Positions 1 to 8,494 of a stretch of 14,352 nt of DNA are shown here, one piece after another. Location: NCBI GenBank assembly GCA_905250045.1, contig CAJNOG010000192.1, positions 75,105 to 89,456 on the forward strand, written 5' to 3'. Position 1 is the first letter of the stretch; each line of letters begins with the position of its first letter. Source of the DNA: Adineta steineri. Its lineage: Eukaryota. A program made the position numbers and the translations under genes. The notes beneath the pieces are model-generated. The model did not search any database. It saw nothing but the letters and a program-made list of their open reading frames with translations, and was not told the DNA's origin.

Positions 1-643
1 AAAAAAAATATGACGACAGTATCGTAAACGTAGGAAAAAAAAGTACAAGCGATGAATCATCGTCAGCAGCTTGATGTATCTTTTATTTGAAGGCACTTAA
101 GTATGATCACACAGTACAATGATAATGATAATAAACAGGACATCTGCTGAGTATAGTGCAAATATGTTTTTTTTTTCTTCACCTTGGTAAACATTTAAAA
201 ATATATCTTTTATAATTTAATAATTTATTTCAAATGAGATCAAAATAAAATAATTCTTCGATTAATGAAAACAAAAACAAACAAACAAAAAAATAAGATA
301 AAATCGAATTTTGGCACAATAGATAGCATTCTCAATAGATTAACATATTATAAACCAACATTATTTTTTTGAAGCAAAAAAAGCATAAAGAAAACAAAAA
401 AACATACCGAAAAGCACGCACCGGATGTCAACAAAGATAAACGTGTTTGATACAAAATCATCCCGAGTATTAAAAACAAACAAGTGTGATAGAAGATTAT
501 GTGTCAAATAAAGAAAGACGAAGCATGTTTTTTTTGTGTGTGTGTTTTGGAATAAATGAAAATAATAAAGTATAGCATAATTATCTGGCAAAAAGAAAAA
601 ATAAAAATAAAATGGAATATATATTCTCTTAGTTATTCTGTGT

Positions 644-1255
644 TTATGGGAGATGATAACGATTATAAGCTGATGGAACATATTTGACTGTTCGAAATGT
701 ATCATTTGTTTTCGGTGGAATTGAGTATTCACGAGTTAATTCGAATGGTTTTCTTGATGCAGAATACATACGAGATAAATCAGGTTGTTGTCGTATTGTT
801 GAAGAATTTAGATGATTATAACTACTTGGTGTTTGATAAATGGAAGACGACGTCGTAAGTGGACGATAATTAGTACTATTGCTACTAGCACCATGAGTGT
901 ATATATTGGAATTATTCGGTTCAGCTATTGATCGACCTGGTAATGCGCTTGTTGCTGTACGATTGACATATGAACCTTGACGTGGTGGTACTACTAATGA
1001 TGGTGATGATGAATATGAAAATGTTGAACGTACTGGTGAGAAACTAAGTGCTGGTTTTGTTGATGATCTTGATCTACTTATAGTATTATTAGTAGTTGTT
1101 GTTTGAACTGGTACTGTTGTTGTTGATGGCATTGGTCGACGTGGACGTGATGATGATGCTGATGTTGTTAAATATATATCTGGCACGGCACCAAATGATG
1201 TATTAACAAATGAAACAGTTGTATAACCGGTTAAAGATCTTTCATAAGAAATTAA
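644..1255 (-). CDS. DUSP-A exon 3 (conserved PDIY segment plus low-complexity tail, TAA at 646-644)
   Basis: Acceptor cttctttag| sits before 1255. Reads LISYERSLTGYTTVSFVNTSFGAVPDIYLTTSASSS... in frame with track ORF 644..1186. The exact 3' end is less certain: a possible donor C|gtgaat near 730 could splice away the last ~30 codons. Confidence 0.7.
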   Translation of the reverse strand, partial: LISYERSLTGYTTVSFVNTSFGAVPDIYLTTSASSSRPRRPMPSTTTVPVQTTTTNNTISRSRSSTKPALSFSPVRSTFSYSSSPSLVVPPRQGSYVNRTATSALPGRSIAEPNNSNIYTHGASSNSTNYRPLTTSSSIYQTPSSYNHLNSSTIRQQPDLSRMYSASRKPFELTREYSIPPKTNDTFRTVKYVPSAYNRYHLP

Positions 1256-1874
1256 CTAAAGAAGATAATAAATAAACGATTCAATATTTTATAGAGATAT
1301 ATTAGTTCATAATTACTTGTTTAATAAAACCAAAATTTGGACCAATAATATGTCGACGAGAACGTAAATAATAAAATGCTTCACGTAATGACATTTGTTG
1401 ATATTTCATTAAATAAGCTAGTAAATAAATATAATGAAATATTATTAATAACAGAAAATAGAATCAGTAAAACTCAATTAACAGACCGAATCGTTATTTA
1501 ATAGGTTTTATAAATACCCATATCAATGAATAATAAATTACAATTTTAAGCTGATTTAAGTTTAGAAAGATTTTCTTACCCAAAATAATACTTGCCGATC
1601 TTGATCGACCAACATAACAATGAACAAGTGTTTTTTTTCCTTGTTGAATATTTTGATGTATACGATCAGTTATTCGATCAAAATAAGGTTGTATTGATGT
1701 TGTTGGTAGATCTTGTATGCTTACTTTTTCATATTCAACTGATGGTCCCAGATCTTGCATTGGACATTCCGATGATATATTAAAAACACAACGAATACCT
1801 TTATTTAATATCGCTTGTCGAGATTCAAGGCCAGATATATATAAATTATCGATAACTTCGGTAATACCCAACAT
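644..1874 (-). CDS. Gene model DUSP-A: atypical dual-specificity protein phosphatase (DUSP14/18/21-like) with a long low-complexity C-terminal tail, 335 aa
   Basis: Minus-strand join(1874..1580,1417..1317,1255..644). All junctions are GT..AG and the phases match (295+101+612=1008 nt). The translation has the catalytic loop VHCYVGRSRS (HCxxGxxRS), an acid-loop Asp (SIQDLP), the AYLMKY helix, and GFIKQLISYE...FGAVPDIY, typical of the DUSP14/18/21 C-terminal region. The last ~170 codons are S/T/P/N-rich. Confidence 0.85.
1317..1417 (-). CDS. DUSP-A exon 2
   Basis: Acceptor tttactag| sits before 1417. With the carried G it reads AYLMKYQQMSLREAFYYLRSRRHIIGPNFGFIKQ. Donor is CAA|gtaatt at 1316. 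This restores the conserved DSP helix that the unspliced ORF loses. Confidence 0.85.
1580..1874 (-). CDS. DUSP-A exon 1 (start codon to catalytic loop)
   Basis: ATG at 1874-1872 with an in-frame TAG upstream at 1931-1929. Encodes MLGITEVIDNLYISG...LVHCYVGRSRSASIIL. Ends in phase 1 at G|gtaaga (donor at 1579-1578). Confidence 0.85.
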
Positions 1875-1948
1875 TGCTTTTAATTTGTCAAATTTACAAC
1901 TACATATACACTCACACGCACTATTATTCTAAAATAAAAATGAAACTG

Positions 1949-1954
<6 letters not shown>

Positions 1955-1981
<27 letters not shown>
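1955..1981. repeat. (ATT)9 microsatellite between the two DUSP genes
   Basis: Read directly as attattattattattattattattatt. Confidence 0.95.
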
Positions 1982-2245
1982 CTCTTTTAATTGTCTTTCG
2001 ACATGCACACCGAGATTAATACATATACGACATTAACAATTCAGAGAAGAAAAAATAAACGGAAAAAAAAGATATAAATCTGAACGCCGAGAAAGGTTGA
2101 AAAGGCAAAATAGAAATATAATATAATATGTATATATCAGTTTAAAATAGGCGTATATCATTCTTTTATACTCTGATTAAATCATTAAAATATTAATAAT
2201 TAAAATTTCGAAAAAAAAAAATTTTTCTTTTTTTCTTCGTTATTA

Positions 2246-2901
2246 TCAAGGAATTAAAGGTTTAATGAAACTCGCTCGATAGGTTGTTTCATAATTGGAA
2301 CGTTGTTGATCACTACTTTTTATCATTAATGATGGATTTGGTATGTTACTTGCATTATTTGCTTGTGGTTGATGGTAATTTGTACGAACTCTTACATTTG
2401 GTGATGTACTTATTGGGAGGCTCCGACTATTAGCATACGAAACTGTTGATGAAGTCGGTCCTAATGGAAAGGAATTATTGACTGGTGCTGGTGGTGGTGA
2501 TGGATTTGAACCATATCGTGTTGGAGATGTAAATGTTTGTTTATTTGTTGCAAATAATGGTGTTTGATAAGCCGGATTACTGACATTTGTTGAAGCAGCT
2601 ACGACTGATGCTCGATTTGCTGCATTAGCAGCTAATGAACGAGATCGTATTGTATTAATAGCATTACTTGGAGGTGGATCACGAACAATTGGTCTTGTAT
2701 GATTGGATGATAAATATAATGAATTATTACTTGAAGGCGCATTAATACTAGGAGTTCTAGTATTTGAAGTAAAAGATGGAGCAAAAAATGGTAAAGACGC
2801 TGGTTGTGGTGGATTTTGTTGCCGTTGTTCATCTTCATCATACATTTTTTTAATTTCTTCATAGGCAACATCCGGAATATATCCAAATTGAGTTGAAACC
2901 A
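2246..2901 (-). CDS. DUSP-B exon 5 (PDV-Y segment, ~190 aa low-complexity region, terminal ...SFIKPLIP, stop)
   Basis: Acceptor cttttgtag| sits before 2901. The carried A plus TG gives Met, then VSTQFGYIPDVAYEEIKKMYDE..., in the same frame as track ORF 2246..2902. The preceding intron is 474 nt. Confidence 0.8.
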
Positions 2902-4058
2902 CTACAAAAGAAGGAGAAGATTAATTTACTACAAGAAAATATAAAATTAAATTAAGACACGATTTCTCATTTATCGGAATTTTGTTTTTTATTCAAATAT
3001 ACAAATTAAAAAAAATCTTTTTCCTGTTATTACAAAACAAATATAATATTTTGAAACGTGTCATTGAGAGAGGACCTATAAGTTCCCTTAATAAGTCACG
3101 TTGAAAACATTAAATAAGAACTTCGGTTCATCATTTTACAGTTTTATAATTTGTTTTTTTCTTAAGGTCAAATCAAAATTCTGGGTACAGAAACAACAAA
3201 GGTTTCTAACAGGAAATCATTAATAGACCAGCGAGTTCATATATAAAAATAGAGATTCTGCATAGACATTTCCGTATTTAATGTAACATGAAAATTAAGC
3301 TAATTGATGATGTTTTCATAAATAGATTCTAATAACTATTCGCTTAGAAAAGAAAAAAACAGCAATCAAACTTACTTTTTACACTATTTTCTCTTTTAAG
3401 TTGAAATTCATATGAAATAAGTTGATTCCAAAAACCTAAATTTGGAAAACAAATAGGCCGATGTCTTTTACATAATAAATATGCATCTCGTAATGATAAA
3501 TTCAAATAACGCATTAAATAAGCAATAACAATTGTTGTACCTATATATAAAAGAAAAACATTTTTATATACAAAAAAATCATTTCATCTTACTTCGACTT
3601 ATACCAGCCATACAATGAACAAGTACTTTATGTTGTTTATTAGCATTAAGATGTGCATGAATTTTATCAGTTAATGTATGAAAATAATTACTTATAGGTG
3701 TTGTTGGAAAATCACTTATTTCATATTTTTCTAATTTAACATGTTTTGGGTAAACAATAGCTGATGATTCAACAGCAACGTTCTTTCAAAAGAAAAATAG
3801 ATATTATAAATAACAAAAAAAAATTGTTTACTTACTAGAATATAAGTTATACCCAATTTATGTACTTGTTCAAGTGTAGCTGCCATTTGACCTGAAGAAT
3901 AAATACTTAAAATGAGATAAAATTATGATAAGAAATCTACCCGATATAAATATTTGTGGTGTTATTTCTGATATTGACATTAGAAATGTCATTCGATTAA
4001 GATTAGCCATTGCAGCTGAATTCATTGAATTTAGAGAAACTAAAGGTCGTTTATTCAT
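2246..4058 (-). CDS. Gene model DUSP-B: atypical dual-specificity protein phosphatase (DUSP14/18/21-like) paralog with a low-complexity insertion, 394 aa
   Basis: Minus-strand join(4058..3941,3891..3836,3782..3593,3540..3376,2901..2246). Sum is 118+56+190+165+656=1185 nt; all junctions are GT..AG and in phase. Encodes ...ITPQIFISGQMAATLEQVHKLGITYILNVAVESS...YEISDFPTT...VLVHCMAGISRSTTIVIAYLMRY...PNLGFWNQLISYEFQLKRENSVKMVSTQFGYIPDVAYEE..., a near-textbook DUSP14/18/21 pattern. Confidence 0.85.
3376..3540 (-). CDS. DUSP-B exon 4
   Basis: Acceptor ttatatatag| sits before 3540. Reads (S)TTIVIAYLMRYLNLSLRDAYLLCKRHRPICFPNLGFWNQLISYEFQLKRENSVK. Donor is A|gtaagt at 3375. Confidence 0.85.
3593..3782 (-). 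CDS. DUSP-B exon 3 (acid loop and catalytic Cys loop)
   Basis: Acceptor ttttgaaag| sits before 3782. Reads NVAVESSAIVYPKHVKLEKYEISDFPTTPISNYFHTLTDKIHAHLNANKQHKVLVHCMAGISR. Donor is A|gtaaga at 3592. Confidence 0.9.
3836..3891 (-). CDS. DUSP-B exon 2
   Basis: Acceptor attcttcag| sits before 3891. Reads (G)QMAATLEQVHKLGITYIL. Donor is CTA|gtaagt at 3835. The preceding intron is 49 nt. Confidence 0.8.
3941..4058 (-). CDS. DUSP-B exon 1
   Basis: ATG at 4058-4056. Reads MNKRPLVSLNSMNSAAMANLNRMTFLMSISEITPQIFIS plus a G. Donor is G|gtagat at 3940. An internal Met could be the true start. Confidence 0.7.
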
Positions 4059-4470
4059 TTAAAGTTTTAAAGAATTGAATAATGCATAATAAACGAAGAA
4101 TTCTAATCAATTTTATGATTTTTAAGAAATGTATAAATTTCTGATGGATTATTAAAAAGAACTTATTCTATTCTTTTTTTTTCACATACCATATCTCGTG
4201 ATTGAGTTATTTGGCAATCCTCAATAAAGTCTGTGTCCTAGTAACGAGTATAGTGAATAACAAATAATTTTATAGAAAAAATTCTTATACATATTTTAAT
4301 CGAATAAATTTAATTTAATTATGTAATCATATGAAATATTTTAATCAATAAAAAACTCATTAAAAAATGAATAGTTTTATATAATTGGGTAATAAAATAT
4401 CCAATAAAAACTCTTGTATGAATCATTTGATTTACATACAGTTTTTCTTTTTAACATAAATCAAGAAAAA
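4059..4470. promoter_or_regulatory. Putative bidirectional promoter or shared 5' region between divergent DUSP-B (-) and the HAD hydrolase (+)
   Basis: The two inferred start codons (4058 on the minus strand, 4471 on the plus strand) face away from each other across 412 bp of AT-rich non-coding DNA. I could not call specific core-promoter motifs with confidence. Confidence 0.3.
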
Positions 4471-4509
4471 ATGCTTCGATCTCGTCTATCATCAATCATT
4501 CTTCCTCAA
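4471..4509 (+). CDS. HAD hydrolase exon 1 (13 codons, MLRSRLSSIILPQ)
   Basis: ATG at 4471. Donor is CAA|gtagtt at 4510. Unspliced read-through reaches a TAA within about 16 codons. Splicing to 4569 is phase 0 to phase 0 and gives MLRSRLSSIILPQ|LSSSVRYLSTKRPELDAVIFDVDGT. Confidence 0.65.
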
Positions 4510-5406
4510 GTAGTTTCTTTTTTTTTCTCGTTTGAAACTTTTATTTTATCTTAATCAATTTACTTTAGTTATCTTCATCAGTTCGTTATTTATCAACTAA
4601 ACGACCTGAATTAGATGCTGTAATCTTTGATGTTGATGGTACATTGATTGATACAGTTGATTATCATGCAAAATCATGGCAAGATGCATTAGAATATTAT
4701 AATATTAAATCAAATTTAGCTGATGTTCGTATGCAAATCGGTAAAGCTGCTGATCAATTACTACCTATGTTTGCAACTGAAGAACAAATTAGAAAATATA
4801 GTAAAGATATATCAGCAAGAAAAGCAAAAGTATTCGAAGAAACTTATCTTGAAAAAGTCAAACCATTTCCTGGTGTTCGAGAATTATTTGAATTAATTAA
4901 AAAACGAAATATTCCTATTGCACTTGCATCATCAGCAAAAACTGATGAATTAGAACTTTATAAAAATATTGCTAATGTAAGTGATTTAGTTGATTTTCAA
5001 ACAAGTTCAAATTCGAAAGATGTTAAACGATCGAAACCTTATCCTGGTAGAATTAAAAAATATTTATTTTGTAGTACTTTATACTTTGTGTTTATTTGGC
5101 ACTTTAGATATATTCTTAGCTGCATTAAAATTATTAAAAAATCCATCGACAGATCGTGTTATAGTTGTTGGTGATACACCATGGGATGCACAAGGTAAAC
5201 AGATTCATTAGTATTTCAAATAAAATTCAAGGTTATCTTTGTTATTTTTAGCTGCTGTAGCTGCAAAATTAAGAATAGCTGGTGTTTTATGTGGTGGTGT
5301 TGATGAAAAAATATTACGAGAATCTGGGTGTGGTTGGATTTATAAAGATATAATTGACTTGACAAAGAATTATGATAAATTAACAAAAGAAGTTTTAAAA
5401 ATATAA
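4471..5406 (+). CDS. Gene model: HAD-superfamily subfamily IA hydrolase or phosphatase (Gph/PpaX/beta-PGM-like), 252 aa, with a presequence-like N-terminus
   Basis: join(4471..4509,4569..5046,5108..5194,5252..5406). Sum is 39+478+87+155=759 nt; introns are 59, 61 and 57 nt and all GT..AG. Motif I is FDVDGTLID, motif II is ALASSAK, motif III is SKPYPDIF (only formed after splicing), and motif IV is VVGDTPWDAQAAVAAKLRIAGVLCGG (also only formed after splicing). Confidence 0.88.
4569..5046 (+). CDS. HAD hydrolase exon 2 (motifs I and II, cap domain)
   Basis: Acceptor tactttag| ends at 4568. The frame is that of track ORF 4644..5174. It ends KPYP plus a G at G|gtagaa (5047); the ORF-track continuation RIKKYLFCSTLYF... 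is intron read-through. Confidence 0.9.
5108..5194 (+). CDS. HAD hydrolase exon 3 (motif III completion to GDTPWD)
   Basis: Acceptor cactttag| ends at 5107. Reads (D)IFLAALKLLKNPSTDRVIVVGDTPWDAQ. Donor is G|gtaaac at 5195. The frame matches track ORF 4990..5211. Confidence 0.9.
5252..5406 (+). CDS. HAD hydrolase exon 4 (C-terminus, TAA at 5404-5406)
   Basis: Acceptor ttatttttag| ends at 5251. Reads (A)AVAAKLRIAGVLCGGVDEKILRESGCGWIYKDIIDLTKNYDKLTKEVLKI followed by a stop. Confidence 0.9.
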
Positions 5407-5550
5407 TCCGAATGATAAAAGAGAGAAAAAAAGAAAAGCAATCGAAAATTGAAAAATTCTTTCCTCATCCATTTTTCTTTATTTACCAGTGATTGTTTTT
5501 ATTTTAGATGATTGTAAAGTTTTTTTTGCCTTCGTTTGATCTATGTTCTT

Positions 5551-5619
5551 GTATATATGTATACATACATACATATATGTATATATATGTATATATATAT
5601 ATATACATATTTACATATG
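5551..5619. repeat. Imperfect (TA)n/(TATG)n/(TACA)n microsatellite
   Basis: Read directly as gtatatatgtatacatacatacatatatgtatatatatgtatatatatatatatacatatttacatatg. It explains track ORFs 5508..5813 and 5541..5750. Confidence 0.95.
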
Positions 5620-6162
5620 AATGCCATTTGATATTCGATCAACAGACATGTCGACGGCTTCTTCTTCTTGTTGGTATGAAAAAAAAAATCTTGTATGCAA
5701 TCCTTTTTCTCGTCTTCTTTCACTCCCGTCTTATAATAAATGTGAAGCAAAAATTTGTTCAGCTGGATATATACTGCCCCAGGATCATCATTATTGTTAT
5801 TAGATTGCTCTGATTCTCCTTCTAATCAACTGAATAGTAATCACTCCTTGTCGACTTGTCTTGTTGAAACAACAATATTGCCTTGATCAACGAATGCTCG
5901 CGCATATGCTTACGCAAGTTGATCATGTATGTGACCTTTTGTCTCTCGTTGTCGTGGTGTTGAACATGCCCAAAGGGTGATGAGAACATAGCACGAAAAC
6001 GATATTTATATAGATGATAGAATATGAAAAAAAAGGAGAAATAGATAGGAAATTTAGGTCGTCAATCGAATATCAACAATATATGAATAAATTTAAATTA
6101 TCTGATGCTCATCATGAGTAAATTTTTTCTCTGTCCATTTTGATGTTCATCGAACACTTACC

Positions 6163-6190
6163 ATATATATATATATGTATATGTATATAT
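6163..6190. repeat. (TA)n/(TATG)n microsatellite
   Basis: Read directly as atatatatatatatgtatatgtatatat. Confidence 0.9.
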
Positions 6191-6617
6191 CATTGATTCG
6201 TCTCGTTATTATTGTCATCAACATTATTTTACTCTTGAATGTTGATATGTCGAAATCTGTACATATGCATTTTACTGATAATATCTACTTCTCTGTTCCT
6301 TAGCGTTAATCTCTTACAAGTGCATAAAGTAGAGCCTCATTGTTAATGATTGACCGTAACAATGTTCAGATGAAAGATATATATACATATATAAACCTTG
6401 AACTATATGAGATTCTTTACTTCTCCTGTTATGAATCTGTTTTGCTTGCTGTTTTTAACTATGCTGATGCATTGATGAAGGACTAGTATAATGCCTATTC
6501 TTTCTTCTCAAAAGACATAACGTACATGTAAACAATGGAGAAGTCTTTTTGTTGATTTTGCATCAGGCTAACTGAGTTGTTCTTTTTGTTTGGCCACTGC
6601 TATCGCCATCATTCTTT

Positions 6618-6650
6618 CATCATCATCATCATCATCAACAACAACAACAA
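6618..6650. repeat. Compound trinucleotide repeat (CAT)6(CAA)5
   Basis: Read directly as catcatcatcatcatcatcaacaacaacaacaa. Confidence 0.95.
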
Positions 6651-6658
6651 TGTAGAAA

Positions 6659-6677
6659 GAGAGAGAGAGAGAGAGAG
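6659..6677. repeat. (GA)n microsatellite
   Basis: Read directly as gagagagagagagagagag, 8 nt after the CAT/CAA repeat. Confidence 0.95.
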
Positions 6678-6742
6678 GGAGCAACTCGGTCAGGGTGCAC
6701 TCTTTTTTTCTGTCCCTCGTCGAATGAGTTCATCTTGCACGC

Positions 6743-6765
6743 ATATATATATATATATATATATA
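6743..6765. repeat. (AT)n microsatellite
   Basis: Read directly as atatatatatatatatatatata. Confidence 0.95.
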
Positions 6766-7742
6766 CATTTATATTCACATAGAAAGAGCCAGAGCGAGAG
6801 AAGAAAAAAAATGTTAAGCGGTGTATGTGTATGTATATTGCTTGGCAGTGGGCCATTCATCGTTCTCTCACACGATATACTTTTTTTCCTACGAGTTCTT
6901 TACTGCTCAACTGAACACCGTAGACGGTCGTGTGTTTGATATGGATTTATATGTATGAGAGAATGAGAGAAAGATGAAATCGATTCGTGATCGAAAGATG
7001 AGACAACACGCGTGATGGTGATCACTGTATAGAGCGCGTGTACATACGAATTTATATTAGGTTATGTCTCGTGAATAGACAAAAGAGAAAAAGACTATAG
7101 TAAAAATAGAGTGAAAAATATGATTGATGAGCAACTACTGGAGATCGACAAGGTATGCTAATTGTTGTTTTTTTTTCTTTTGTTTAATTCACTTTTTTTT
7201 CGATAACTAATCTTTCGAAAAAAAGATTAAACACTTTTCGAAAAAAGTTCTTGACTTTTCAACAATAATCAAGGTTTATATCAGCATATATATTGTTTTA
7301 TCGATTATTGTTAGATTTATTCTTTCTTTTTCTCTATAACCTATTGTGGTTTGTATTCAGTCAACAGTATTCTATTTAAGACTATTCGTACACAAATGGC
7401 TTTTGTCTGTGGTTAATACCAGAACAAAAATGTTACGCTTCTAATCAAGTAATATTGTATCAGTCTTTTTCATTTTCTCTTTGTTCATGGTTGTCTCTGG
7501 TCTATAATGTCCTCTTGTATAGATTGCTTTCTCTTTTTCTTCATTTGCTTTTTTTTTATATATATTTCTTCTACTATGACTTTTTTCAGATGAATGAATT
7601 TTGACGGCTACTACGTTAACTACCACTACTCGTTGACAAAGACATAATAACCTAAGAGTTGACCTGCACTTATGTGTATAACACTCGACGATGGCTTGAT
7701 CATCGTTTGATTGGTACGTATGTATAAATCAAACTATCAACA

Positions 7743-7776
7743 ATATATTAATATATATATTTATATATATATATTT
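7743..7776. repeat. Imperfect (TA)n AT-rich tract
   Basis: Read directly as atatattaatatatatatttatatatatatattt. Confidence 0.85.
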
Positions 7777-8461
7777 AAATACATATCTTTTCAGCACATT
7801 TACTAATATTGTTATATCATTATAGATGCAATTGTATAGATATTAGAGAATTTTTCAAAAGGTCAAAGATATTTTCCATACAAATAGGATATTTTGAATC
7901 AAATTTCTTTTTTTTCGAAATTGAGTAATTTCTCCTTCTCCTTTCTACTGCAGATTATTATCATACATTTATGAATATCCTTTTCATTCTAAAATACATG
8001 TACATTTATACTTTTGTTTACTTTTTCATCCTACGAAAATTTTCTAAGCCGATTTATTGCACATATATGTCGAGATACACAAATTATAGCGGTTTTTTTG
8101 CTCTTCTTTCTCTTTTGCACGTCACAATATGTATGTAGGCATATATTAGATAGAGTATTGCAGTATGATAGCGAACGGACGAACAAAGTGCAAGTCGTTG
8201 ATGCCATTAAGTAGTCGATAGTGGAGGCAACGGACGGACGACAGGCGCCCTCGTCTCAATACCAAGATGAGAGATGAGGAAGGGTTACGTAAAAAATATA
8301 TAAGCACATACATATTTACAACAGAAGAGAAAGAACAAGAGGAAGAAAAAAAGAAACGAGTGTTACAACAGAAATGGTAGTACTACTACAGAAAGATAGA
8401 AAAATAGATCTAACTACTCTTACTGTCCGTCTTCTTTCACTAGACACACAGTGGTCTTTCT

Positions 8462-8494
8462 TTTCTTTCTTTCGTTCGTTCGTTCGCTCGTTCC
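8462..8494. repeat. Tetranucleotide (TTTC)3(GTTC)n tract, followed by a 12-nt T run at 8510..8521
   Basis: Read directly as tttctttctttcgttcgttcgttcgctcgttcc. Confidence 0.9.

Noticed and set aside
361-732. Track ORF 361..732 (-), 123 aa
   Set aside because: Its F/I/K/N/Y-rich composition is typical of translated AT-rich non-coding DNA. It overlaps the 3' end and likely 3'UTR of DUSP-A in another frame and has no recognisable motif.
1592-1932. Plus-strand ORFs 1592..1783 and 1717..1932
   Set aside because: They are antisense to DUSP-A exon 1, whose minus-strand frame carries the conserved catalytic motifs, so these are shadow ORFs.
2632-2886. ORF 2632..2886 (-), 84 aa
   Set aside because: It is an alternative frame inside DUSP-B exon 5. 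The other frame continues the conserved FGYIPDVAYEE segment.
4977-4989. The intron-like string gtaagtgatttag inside HAD exon 2
   Set aside because: At only 13 nt it is far too short for a spliceosomal intron. Removing it would also shift the frame and destroy the downstream SKPYPDIF motif.
5047-5211. ORF-track extensions ...GRIKKYLFCSTLYFVFIWHF... (4644..5174 tail) and ...AQGKQIH (4990..5211 tail)
   Set aside because: These are read-through into introns 5047..5107 and 5195..5251. Splicing restores HAD motifs III and IV.
644-5406. A functional 'phosphatase cluster' (two DUSPs plus a HAD phosphatase) compensating for the tensin gene's missing PTEN-like domain
   Set aside because: The idea is appealing but unsupported. 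The three genes belong to unrelated folds and families, lie on different strands, and are separated from the tensin gene by 3.2 kb. Their proximity is most simply explained by chance plus one tandem duplication.
5508-6939. ORFs 5508..5813, 5541..5750, 5621..5803, 6577..6939 and 6635..6856
   Set aside because: They are translations of TA/TATG, CAT/CAA and GA microsatellites (YIYIYI, IIIIINNNNN and ERERERE runs), so they are not coding.
7208-7229. An 8-bp hairpin, taatcttt / aaagatta, with a 6-nt loop, and nearby ttttcgaaaaaa repeats
   Set aside because: Short A/T-only stems like this are expected by chance in DNA this AT-rich, and there is no supporting context such as a terminator or known RNA family.
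7441-8214. ORFs 7441..7626 (-) and 8014..8214 (+)
   Set aside because: They are K/E-rich or F/L-rich low-complexity translations of AT-rich or T-rich DNA, with no motifs and no splice context linking them to a gene.
8220-8285. A possible tRNA or small RNA gene in the GC-richer patch (…agtggaggcaacggacggacgacaggcgccctcgtc…)
   Set aside because: It has no T-loop consensus (GGTTCGA-type), no cloverleaf pairing that I could build, and no A-box/B-box spacing.
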